Positions 1 to 12,303 of a DNA stretch of 64,000 nt are shown piece by piece. A program made the position numbers and the translations under genes. The DNA comes from Nitrospirota bacterium. GTDB lineage: Bacteria; Nitrospirota; JACRHJ01. The stretch is taken from positions 78,658-142,657 of the forward strand of contig CAVTDB010000013.1 of the NCBI GenBank assembly GCA_963733375.1. The letters are read 5' to 3'. Position 1 is the stretch's first letter. Each line of letters starts with the position of its first letter. The notes beneath the pieces are model-generated. The model had not been told where the DNA came from, did not search any database, and saw only the letters and a program-made list of their open reading frames with translations.

Positions 1-1
1 G

Positions 2-412
2 GAGGCCCTGAAGGCCCATGACGCAGCTCGCCTGTCCACGATAAGGATGGTTTTCTCAGCCGTCCGGAATAAGGAGATAGATTCCCGCAAGGATATGGAC
101 GACGAAGGTGTGCTCTCAGTGCTTGCGACTTCGGCCAAACAGCGCAGGGAATCCATAGAGCAGTACGAGAAGGCCGGGCGGCAGGACTTAGTTGACAAGG
201 AGAAGGCGGAGCTGGAAGTAATCCAGTCCTATATGCCCCAGCAGATGGGCCGCGAGGAGATAGAGGCGCTGGTGAAGGACGCGGTCGCCGAGTCCGGGGC
301 CAAAGGGCCTGGCGACATGGGCAAGGTGATGAAGGTGCTGATGCCTAAAGTAAAAGGGCGCGCGGACGGCAAACTTGTAAACGAGGTCGTCAAAGAGACG
401 TTAGGGGGATGA
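2..412 (+). CDS. yqeY: GatB/YqeY domain protein (5' end outside window)
   Basis: Frame open from base 2 (EALKAHDAARLSTIRMV...); KQRRESIEQY..GRQDL, DMGKVM, GRADGK motifs typical of YqeY. Confidence 0.9.
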   Translation, partial: EALKAHDAARLSTIRMVFSAVRNKEIDSRKDMDDEGVLSVLATSAKQRRESIEQYEKAGRQDLVDKEKAELEVIQSYMPQQMGREEIEALVKDAVAESGAKGPGDMGKVMKVLMPKVKGRADGKLVNEVVKETLGG

Positions 413-429
413 AAATCTTAAGAAAAGGC

Positions 430-578
430 AAAACCGCACTTTTCTTTGCGGAAAGAAAAGCGCCCAAAAGAAACGAGAGTAACTTCCTTATGGCAGGTCT
501 AACCCCAAAAGGGGGTTTTTTTGTCCGGTTTCTCTTTGCGTTACTTTCTCTTTCCCCAAAGAGAAAGTAACGGTTTAA
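430..578. repeat. AT-rich hairpin+mirror-tail inverted doublet, copy 1 (long spacer)
   Basis: CACTTTTCTTT-gcgg-AAAGAAAAGCG-cc-CAAAAGAAA and inverted TTTCTCTTTgc-GTTACTTTCTCTTT-cccc-AAAGAGAAAGTAAC. Confidence 0.85.
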
Positions 579-2960
579 ATGAACGAACACGCATTAAAAG
601 TACTCGAGTTTTACAAGGTCTCCGAGGCTGTTTCCACCCGCGCGGTATCCGGGCCGGGAAGGGCCGAGGCCCTGTCATTCGCCCCATCGTCCGATATAAA
701 AGAAGTCACTCTACGCCTTAAAGAGGCGGACGAGCTGAAAAAATATCTCACGTCCCGGCACGAGTTCCCCATACGCGGCCTGAAGGATATATCGGTCCAG
801 CTTAAAAAGGCGGCGGTGGAAGGGGCGGCGCTATCTCCCGAAGAGCTTTTACGGGTGCTCTCCGTGGCGCGGGCCTCCCGGCTGATGAAGTCCGCGCTCG
901 CGAAAGTAAAGCAGGAATATCCTACCCTAATCAAAAGGGCCGCGGCCCTCTCGGTCTTTGAAAACATAGAGATGGACATCGCCCGCGCGATAGGCGAGGA
1001 CTCGGAGGTGCTGGATTCGGCCTCCCCGGAGCTTAAAAGGATACGGCACGCGCTGACCCAGGTACGCTCCCGGCTGAACCGCGAATTGGAATCCATCATC
1101 CAGGGCCCGTCGTACTCGAAGGCCATTCAGGAGCCGGTGATAACCATGCGCGGCGACCGCTACTGACTCCCGCTCAAGACTAATTTCCGCACCTACCTCC
1201 AGGGCATAGTCCACGACCACTCGCAGACCGGCTCTACTGTATTCGTGGAGCCTGCGGCAACGGTTGAGCTTAACAACCGGCTGGTGGGCCTGAGAAACGA
1301 CGAGGTCCGGGAGATAGAGCGCATCCTCTGGCGGCTCACCGCTACCGTCCGGGAGAGTTGCGACCCGCTCGAAGCGTCTTATATGGCGCTCGTAAAGCTC
1401 GACGCGCTTTATGCCGTCGCGCAGTTCGCCCTGGATATAGACGGGAACCTGCCTTCGGTAAACGACAGGGGTTATGTCGAGCTGAAGGACGCACGCCACC
1501 CCCTGCTTGTGATGTCCAAGGGCAAGGGCGCGACCGTCCCCCTGGACATTAAGCTCGGGCGCGAATTCGATACGCTTGTAATCACGGGCCCCAATACCGG
1601 CGGAAAGACCGTCGTGTTAAAGACGCTCGGCCTTTTGACCTTGATGGCGCAGTCGGGTTTTCTTATCCCTGCCGCGCCGGACTCGGTTATCCCCGTATTC
1701 GAAGACGTATATTCGGATATCGGCGACGAGCAGAGCGTGGAGCAGAATTTAAGCACCTTCTCGTCGCACATGAACCAGATCGTCTCAATGCTGGGCGGCG
1801 CCAATCGCAATACGCTGGTACTATTAGACGAGCTTGGAGCGGGTACGGACCCGTCCGAAGGCTCGGCGCTAGGCGTCGCTATCATCGAGGAGCTTCACCG
1901 GCGCGGGACAAAGACCGTGGTCACGACGCACCACGGGGCGCTTAAGGTCTTTGCGGCGAACACGCCGGGCGTTATGAACGCATCGGTGGAGTTCGACCCG
2001 GAGACGCTTCTACCCACATACAGCCTGGCCATCGGAAGGCCGGGGCGGAGCAGCGCGATACTCGTCGCCTCGCGTCTCGGGATGCCGAAAGGTGTCCTGG
2101 AGCGGGCGAAAGAAGGCCGGGCGGCGGGCGAGGCGGAGCTTGACACGCTCATCGAGAAGCTGGAAAAAGAGGCGCAGGCCGCGCGTGAGGATAGAAGAAA
2201 GGCCGCACAGGAGGCACAAGGCGCGCGTGCGGAAAAGGAACGGCTTCAGGAACTGGTGCGGCGTGCGGAGGACGAGCGGCGCGAGGCGGTGCAGAAGGCA
2301 AAGGAAAAGGCGCAGAACGTCATTAATTCATTGAAGTTCAAGCTCCGGGAGCTGGAAGACCTGGCGAAGAAAGCCGCCGCGATATCGCCTGAGCGCGCGG
2401 AGGTAAAGAAGCACTCGGAAGAGGTGCAGGCGCTTGAAGCGCAGTTAAAGGACGAGTCGGTCCCGGCGGGTCCTATCAGAAGGCTTGAGATGGAGGCGCT
2501 TTCCGTCGGTGACACGGTAAAAGTCTATAAATACAACCGGCTCGGGCAGGTAATAGAAATAAAAAAAGACAAGAAAAAAGTCGTCGTACAGCTTGGCACG
2601 ATGCGGGTGACGCTATCGCCTAGCGAGCTTGAGCTGTCCACCCGCTCCGCACCCGACAGGGCCAGGACGACCGCGTTCACGGTATCGCGGGCCGAGGAAG
2701 ACGAGGACGAAACGTCCCCCGGCATGGAGTTGAATATCATAGGCCTACGGGTGGAAGAAGCTATGTCGAAGGTGCAGAAATTTTTGGAAAAGTCCATGCT
2801 TTCCGGCCTGGGCAGCGTCCGTATAATCCACGGCCGTGGCACGGGCGCACTCCGTAAAGCCATCCGGGAAGAACTGACGATTACCCCCGGCGTGAAGGAT
2901 TTCCACGACGAGGTGTTCGAGCTTGGCGGCGACGCGGTGACGGTGGTGACGTTTAAATAA
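579..2960 (+). CDS. mutS2: Endonuclease MutS2 (in-frame TGA at 1164-1166)
   Basis: ORFs 579-1166 and 1245-2960 share one frame; ITGPNTGGKT Walker A, DELGAGTDP, C-terminal Smr domain IIHGRGTGALR. Confidence 0.93.
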
Positions 2961-2987
2961 TGCCGTCTCGGTCATTAGAGTAACGCC

Positions 2988-3026
2988 TCCCCCATCCCCC
3001 TCTTAGCCTACGAGGGGGATGGGGGA
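2988..3026. repeat. Perfect GC-rich hairpin (terminator/REP-like)
   Basis: TCCCCCATCCCCCTC-loop-GAGGGGGATGGGGGA between mutS2 and the GT2 gene. Confidence 0.6.
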
Positions 3027-3044
3027 CTTCGGAAAGGATTTTGG

Positions 3045-3987
3045 ATGTCAAGTGCGATGCCCCTGGTAAGCGTTATAATACCGACATACAACGGCGAAGC
3101 CTCTATCCGTGAGGCGGTCGAGAGTGCGCTTTCTCAAACTTTTACTGACATGGAAATTATGGTCGTTAACGACGGCTCGACCGACGGCACCGGGAAAAAA
3201 CTTGAAGATTTGATAACAGATGGTCGAATAAAATACATACCTCAGATGAACGCAGGGCCGGGGGCTGCGCGGAATACCGGCATAAAAAATACATCGGGAG
3301 AGCTTATCGCCCTCTTAGACCACGACGATTTATGGATGCCGGAAAAGATAGAGAAGCAGGTCCGCTTCATGCGGGAGAATCCGTGGGCGGATGTCGTTTT
3401 CAGCGACGGCTATTGCATTGATGAAAAAGGGGGAATGAGCGCGCGCGAGAGAGAGCGCGCGCCAAGAAAATATTCGGCCCGGCCTGATTTTATAGAGATG
3501 TTCGGCCAGGGTCTTAATGCCCTGCCGACCTCGGTCATGTTCAGGCGGCAAGCAGTTGAACTAGTCGGGGATTTTAAAGAGAATAAACCGGGCGCTTGGT
3601 TGTCGGACGATTGGGACATGTGGTTCCGGATGGCGGCAAAAGGCCTGCGTTTTGCCTTTATTAGTGAACTGCTCTATATAAAAGAGGGGGCACTCGGCGA
3701 ACTTGACCATGCAAGTACTATCCAGCTCATGCACAAAGGCCCATAACGCCTGTAAGAAAATCGGAGAAGATTTCGCCGTGAGGGATTTAGCGCCTATCAG
3801 GAAAAGGTTCGCCACGGGACGCTTTGACGCCGCCCGTAAGTTCATGTACATGGGCCGCTTCAGGGACGGCCTGGCTTCCGGCATTTGTGCCGCCACGTTT
3901 CAGGGAAAATATTATTTTAAATTGCCTGGGCTCATTGTGAGATATTTTAGACTTATGCTTAAAAGAAATTTTAAGATTAATCAATAA
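3045..3987 (+). CDS. Glycosyltransferase family 2 (frameshifted near 3680-3720)
   Basis: VSVIIPTYN, VVNDGSTD, ARNTGI, LDHDD motifs; C-terminal part in ORF 3703-3987. Confidence 0.85.
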
Positions 3988-5908
3988 TCTTTCTCGCAAC
4001 GAATTAATTTTGATTGATTTTGTTATACTTATAATATAAAATAGTTAGTTTCACCGAAGGAAGGCCGTAATTTGGACGGGTTGATCCCCGATGAGGCGCT
4101 CGACAGGGTACGTTCCGCGACGGATATCGTGGAGCTTGTATCGCAGCACGTAACGCTGAAACATACCGGCGCGAACTATCTGGGGCTTTGCCCGTTCCAT
4201 CAGGAGAAGACGCCGTCATTCACCGTCAGCCCGGCTAAGCAGATATTCCACTGCTTCGGATGCGGGGCGGGCGGGGACGCCGTCGGCTTCATGATGCGCC
4301 AGGGGAACTACAGCTTCCCGGAGGCGGTGCGCTTCCTTGCGGACCGGGCGGGGATAGAACTGCCGGAGCGGGCGGAGCAGACATCCCACGAAGACTGGGA
4401 GAAGCTTTTCGCGGCGAACGAAGAGGCGGCGAAATTCTTTCAGGACAGGCTCTGGAATTCAGCCGACGGGAAAAAGGCGCTGGGCTACCTGAAAGACAGG
4501 GGTATGCCTGACGACTCCGCGAAGGCGTTTGAAATAGGATATTCACCTGCGTCGTGGGACGGGTTGACCGGCCATTTGAAGGGCCTGGGGCTCGATTTTA
4601 AAATACTGGAAAAAGCAGGTCTTATAGTAAAAAAAGCGGACGGCGCCGGTTACTACGACCGTTTCAGGGGCCGCCTGATGTTCCCGATAAGGGACATTAA
4701 AGACAGGGTCATAGGCTTCGGCGGCAGGGCGATGATTAAGGACGAGATGCCGAAGTACCTGAATTCGCCGGATACGCCGCTTTTCAAGAAGGGCGAGACG
4801 CTTTACGGCATCGGGAGTTGCCAAGGAAGCGATAAGAAAGCGGGATTTCGCCATAGTGGTGGAAGGCTACATGGACGCCATCGCCTGCCACAGGGCGGGC
4901 GTTGCAAACGCCGTAGCCACGCTCGGCACCGCGCTCACGCCCGGACATTTGCGGCTGCTGTCGCGTTTTTCAAAGAACGTGTTGCTGGTTTTCGACGCGG
5001 ACGATGCCGGTCTAAAAGCGGCGCAGCGCTCTCTGGACGTTTTTTTAAGCTCCACGCCGAAGATGGTCGGCAAAGGTGGCGCTACTGCCGGAAGGGGACG
5101 ACCCGGACAGCCTGCTCATCCGGGAAGGGGCCGAGGCCCTGAAGGAGAGCCTTAAAGGGCGCGAAAAGTTGCTGGAGTTTGTAATCAAACGCGAGGCCGC
5201 GGGCGTCTTGGATATAGACGCCAAAATCAAGGCGGTAGGTACCTTGACCGGAATCCTCGCGCGGGTGGACGACGCGGTCGAGCGCAGCTATTACGTAAAG
5301 ATGGCGGCGTCCGAGCTTAAAGTCGATGAGTCGGCGGTCAAAGAAGAGCTTGAGAAAAAGACCGCGCAGGTTCGGCAAGTACGGGCATTTACCGTTCCTC
5401 GCAAGGCGCGGGGGCTGCGGGGCTTAAGGGCAAAAATTTCGCCTCTCTGGACAAGATCGAGGCGGGGCTTATCCAGTCGGCGCTCAGGGACACGGACGCG
5501 GCGCTTTATGCGGCGGATAACTTGGGCGCGGAGGATTTTTCGGACGAGCGGCTGAAAAAAGCCGCCGATGGTATTATTTAAGATGGCCCTGGCCGGGGAG
5601 CCGGTAGAGGTCCCGAAGCTCCTTGACGCGCTCCAGGACGAGGATGCCAGGCGTGCGGTACTTGAGCTGTCCGTACGGGATACCGTTTCGGAAGACGCCC
5701 TGGCATACGCGGAGGGCGCGGTCCTCATGCTTTTAGAGGCCCGGTATAAGAAGATAGTTGAGGAAGTGCACGTCCTGCTTCAGAGGGCGGGCGCGCTGGG
5801 CGAGCCGGAGGCGGTAAAGGAAATTTCGGATTTCCGCATGAATATGATCAAGGCGCTTTCGAAGAAAGATTTTGAACTTTTAAATACATTGCAGAAGGAG
5901 CTGGCCGA

Positions 5909-7734
<1,826 letters not shown>

Positions 7735-7735
<1 letters not shown>

Positions 7736-9069
7736 TGGCCGACGTAATACCGTTTCGGGGAGTAAGGTACAACCATTCGTCAAAATTATCGAAGCTTGTC
7801 GCGCCGCCCTATGACGTAATCTCGCCGCAGTACAGGCAGGAACTCTACGACCGGGACCCTCATAACGTCGTCCGGATAGATTTCGGCATGCCCGAGGAGG
7901 GCGACTCCGCGGACAACAACCAGTACACGCGCGCGGCGAAAAGCCTGAAGCGGTGGATCGGAGACGGGGTCCTGCGGCGCGAAGAGAAGCCCGCGCTGTA
8001 CCTCTACGAAGTGGAGTACGAGACCCCGGCGGGCGAGAAGAAGTCCATGCGCGGCTTCATCTGTCTTCTTCGGCTGGAGGAGTGGGACAAGGGCATAGTC
8101 CTCCCGCATGAAGGCACTCTGAAGGGGCCCAAGGCGGACCGGTTCGAGCTATTAAAATCCGCTTCCGCCGCCGCGAGCCAGGTGTTCTCGCTGTACTCGG
8201 ACCCGGAAAAAAAGATATCGAAGGCGTTCGAGTCCGCCGCGGCTAAGCCCCCTTCCGGGGAGGCGACCGACGACGACGGCTCCGTGCACAGGATCTGGGT
8301 CGTGACAGACCCGGAGATAATCAAGGCGGTGCAAAAGGCCATGGCGGACAAGAAGGTTTTCATTGCCGACGGCCATCACCGTTACGAGACGGCGCTTGGC
8401 TACCGCGACTACAGGAGAAGCGAGGCCGCCGCATGGACGGGCGGCGAGGGCTTTAATTTCATCCCCATGTTCCTCTCCAACATGGACGAGGACGGCCTTA
8501 CGGTACTGCCTACCCATCGGCTGATAAGCGACGCGGGCGAGCTTACGCTGGACTCCGTGCTGGAGCGGTCCTCGCATTATTTCAAAGTAAAGCGGTTCTC
8601 GTTCCTCACGGAAAACGAGTATGACGCGCGGTCGGAGTTCCTTCGTTCACTTTCGGAAGCGGGAAAGAATTCCCACTCCTTCGGCTTCTGCTGGGACAGC
8701 GCCCCATGCTATTACCTCCTTACCCTTAAGGACCTGGACGACGTCGCGAAGGCGCAGTGGTGCCCGCGCTCGGATACCTATTGCAGCCTGGACGTCACGA
8801 TACTTCATTCGCTTATAGTGGAGCGCGTGCTTGGCATCGACACGGAGAAGATTGCCGTGTCCCAGCCGGTGCAGTTCGAGAAAAACGCCGACAGGGCGAT
8901 AGAGCGGGTCGCGGCCGGCGAGTTCGCCATGTGCTTCCTGCTGAACCCGACCAAGGTGCAGGAGGTGAAGGAGGTCGCGCTGGCCCATGAGATAATGCCG
9001 CAGAAATCGACTTACTTTTATCCGAAGCTCCTGACCGGCCTGGTGATAGCGGATTTGAACCATATATAA
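7735..9069 (+). CDS. DUF1015 family protein
   Basis: PPYDVIS, PHEGT, IADGHHRYETA, MPQKSTYFYPKL motifs. Confidence 0.88.
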
Positions 9070-9180
9070 ACCGTTACTTTCTTTTCGAGAAAAGAAAGTA
9101 ACACAAAGAAAAGCTGGGGTTAAAGTCTCGCTTTCTTTTGTGTTACTTTTCTTTCCCGCGAAAGAAAAGTAACGACTTTA
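9067..9180. repeat. AT-rich inverted doublet, copy 2
   Basis: TAAACCGTTACTTTCTTTT-cgag-AAAAGAAAGTAAC-ac-AAAGAAAA ... TTTCTTTT-gt-GTTACTTTTCTTT-cccgcg-AAAGAAAAGTAACGACTTTA. Confidence 0.92.
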
Positions 9181-9191
9181 AGAATTAAAAA

Positions 9192-9650
9192 ATGCCTAAA
9201 CTTACCACCATCGCCGGGATAATCAAGGAAGTCCTGAAGGCGCGGGGCCTGGGAAGCGGGGATACGCTCTCTAAGCTCCGGGGTAAATGGGCAAACGCTG
9301 TGGGAGGGAAAATCGCACAGCACGCACAGCCTCAGATGATCAGAGAGGGGCGGCTCACCTTGACCGTTGACAGCCCCGCCTGGATGTCCCAGCTCTACCA
9401 TGCTCTCCCCCGAGATTATAGAAAAAATAAACGCGGCGCTTGAAGAGGGCGCGGTCCGGGAACTGAAGTTCTGCCTGGGTACGCCCGCAAAGAATGAAAA
9501 GAGAAAAGAAGGCGGCTCCCATAAAGAAGCGTGAGATTTCGCCCGAGGAGAAAGACGCCATAGAGGCGCGCCACGGCGAAAATTGGGGACAAGGAGCTTC
9601 GGTCCTCCGCAAAGAAAATGCTGTCCAAATCATGCAGGAGGGTGAAGTAA
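9192..9650 (+). CDS. DciA/DUF721 family protein (frameshifted)
   Basis: W..AVG.KIAQHAQP..IREGRLTLTVDSPAWMSQL; continuation in shifted frames to TAA at 9648-9650. Confidence 0.75.
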
Positions 9651-10337
9651 TGGCCTGCGACTGCAAGAACTGCATCGTCAGGGGCCTCACTATTTTTTCC
9701 GGCCTCGGCATAAGCGAGCTTGAGAAGGTCGGGACGCTGATATACCTGAAAAGCTTCCGCCGCAAGAAAGTAATCTTCCTCGAAGACACGCCAAGCAATA
9801 CCGTTTACGTCCTGAAGACCGGCACGGTCAAGTGCTATAAATCGCTGCCCGACGGCCGCGAGCTGATAATCAGCATCCTCACCCCCGGCGACATGCTGGG
9901 CTTCGACTCCCTCTACGAAGACCACTACTCAAATACCGCCGAGGCCATACAGGACACGGAGCTTTGCTGCATCCGAAAAAAGGACCTGGTGGACCTCCTT
10001 CAAGAGCAGCCCCGAGGTCGGCGTCCGGTTCATCAAGAAGATGAACAAGGAGCTTCAACTCGCGCAGGAGCGCATCCGGGACCTGGGCCTGAAGGACGCG
10101 CGTGAGCGTGTGGCGACTCTTCTGATGACGCTCTTCATCTCTCGCGGAGAGGGCCAGGTGCCCAAGTTCACCCTGTCCCGGCAGGAGATCTCCGAGATGG
10201 CGGGCGTCGCCCAGGAAACGGTGATAAGGATAATTTCCGAATTCAAATCGGACGGGCTGATTAAATCGGAAGGCAAAAACATCGTAGTGCTGAAGCCGGA
10301 TGAACTGCGGAAGACGGCAGGGATATTTGAGATATAA
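9650..10337 (+). CDS. Crp/Fnr family regulator with N-terminal Cys cluster (frameshift ~10000)
   Basis: MACDCKNC N-terminus, cNMP-binding fold (LPDGRELII..GDMLG), HTH LSRQEISEMAGVAQETVIR. Confidence 0.88.
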
Positions 10338-10443
10338 TTTCTTCTTTTCTTTTACGGAAAAGAAAAGAAGCAAAAGAAAACGGGGCTAATTTAAGTCCGG
10401 CTTTCTTTTGCTACTTTTCTTTCACCCGAAAGAAAAGTAGGAG
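10335..10443. repeat. AT-rich inverted doublet, copy 3
   Basis: CTTCTTTTCTTT-acgga-AAAGAAAAGAAG-c-AAAAGAAA ... TTTCTTTTg-CTACTTTTCTTT-cacccg-AAAGAAAAGTAG; 3' end merges into the suhB RBS. Confidence 0.88.
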
Positions 10444-10447
10444 GTTT

Positions 10448-11255
10448 ATGAAAGAACTGACAGTTGCAAAACGCGCCGCAAAAGAGGCGGGAAAAATATT
10501 GCTCTCCTACATGGGGAAGCTGGAGCATGTCGAGTATAAGGGCCGGCGCGACCCGGTAAGCGAGGCGGACAAGGCGTCCGAGAAGCGGGTCGCGGAGATA
10601 ATCAGGGAGGCGTTTCCGGCGCACGGATTTCTGGCGGAGGAGAAGACCTCGTGGACAGGCCAGGACAAAAGCGCCCGCTGGATTGTGGACCCGCTGGACG
10701 GCACGGTTAATTATGCGCACGGCTATCCGCACTTCTCGGTCTCCATCGCGTTCGAGAGGGACGGAGAAGTTCAGGCGGGCGTGGTATTCGACCCGGTGAA
10801 GAAAGACCTGTTTTCCGCCGTCAAAGGCGGCGGCGCTTTTTTGAACAACACGCCGATACGGGTATCAAAGACGAGGACGTTGATAAAGTCGCTTATCGTG
10901 ACCGGCTTCCCTTACGACATCGAGAGCCGCCCGAAGGAAATCCTCGAACCGTTTAACCGGATGGTCCTGGCGTCGCAAGGGGTACGGCGTGACGGCTCCG
11001 CCGCACTGAACCTGTGCTACCTTGCCGTGCGGCCGCTTCGACGGCTACTGGGAAATGGGGCTTAAGCCCTGGGACACCGCGGCGGGAATGCTCATCCTGC
11101 GCGAGGCGGGCGGAGTAGTGACGGACTTCAAAGGCGAGCCGTTCAAGCCGGAGATGCAGGAGATACTGGCGAGCAACGGAAAGATACAGAAAGAAATGAT
11201 GGAGGACTCTGGAAAAAAAGGGGCACTAAAAATTACTCCCTCGGCCAGACCTTGA
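10448..11255 (+). CDS. suhB: Inositol monophosphatase (frameshift ~11025; 3' end uncertain)
   Basis: [32 protein letters not shown] motifs. Confidence 0.9.
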
Positions 11256-12142
11256 ACTTCTCCACCATCCGTATCGGATTATAAGACTGCTTGGATTTTT
11301 TCAGGTTCGGCTCGCCCAGGTCCTGCTCGCGGTTCACGAATTCGATATCCGGGAACTCCTGCTTTAAGAACTCGCTCGAAATATATTGATACAGCCCCGA
11401 GTATTCCTGGTTCGCTTTCTCCACGTGCACGACGACCATTTCCTCGTTTAAAAGCTCGCCCAGCGACAGCGCCTCGACAACGCCGTTTATAAGGACTACG
11501 CCGCCGATGGTGGAGAGGTCTTTCAGGTGGTCCAGCGCGTGCTGCGTCGCCTCCGCCTCGCCGAAAGTGGACGGTATGTTTACGGAGCATTTCTCGCGGC
11601 ACCAGCGATCGACCAGGTCCTTTGCCTGCGGGACAAGCTCCGGCGTGAGCCTTCTGTATTCCGGGTCATACCTCTTTAGGAATCGGTTCAGCAGGTTCTT
11701 CTTGTCGTGGAATTTCCTGCCGGAGAGCGAGATGAGTTCGGCCGTGCTGTAAACGTAATCGCTGTCGTCCTGGCTCAGTTCGTATTTATATTTAGGGTCC
11801 CCCTCGATATATTTTTTGATGAATTCCGCTGATGCCAGGTTGACCACGGGCAACTCGTCATCTCTCCCGCATGAAATCCATCTGACTGTTCATCGTTTCC
11901 GGGATTTTATTATCGCCGACGGGCGGGAAGAAGTAATATTCCCCCTGGTAGGACTTTGCGTAGAAGAGGAGGTTGCCGTTAAGAGTGCTGATTTTATAAT
12001 CGTGGACGTGCTTGAACATGAAGAGGTTCGTGAAGCAAAGCTCCGAGACCTCCGGCCTGAGGGCGCGGAATATCGCCTCCACCGGCTCCCGGTCGGAAAG
12101 CTCAATAGGGCGGAACGCTGGAAATTTCGGGAAGTCGGCCAT
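11233..12142 (-). CDS. DUF2156 / aminoacyl-transferase-like domain protein (frameshift ~11860)
   Basis: [13 protein letters not shown]...[32 protein letters not shown]. Confidence 0.85.
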
Positions 12143-12160
12143 TGAAGAAATTATAACACC

Positions 12161-12299
12161 AAAACCCTTCTTACTTTTCTTTCGCGAAAAAGAAAAGAAA
12201 CAAAAGAAAACGGGGCTGAAAAACAATTTATCGGGTTTAAACAGTCCGGCTTTTCTTTGTGTTACTTTCTTTTCACCTGAAAAGAAAGTAACGACTTTA
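12161..12299. repeat. AT-rich inverted doublet, copy 4
   Basis: Two hairpin+tail units tail-to-tail, ending GTAACGACTTTA just past the uvrA stop. Confidence 0.9.
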
Positions 12300-12303
12300 G
12301 ACT

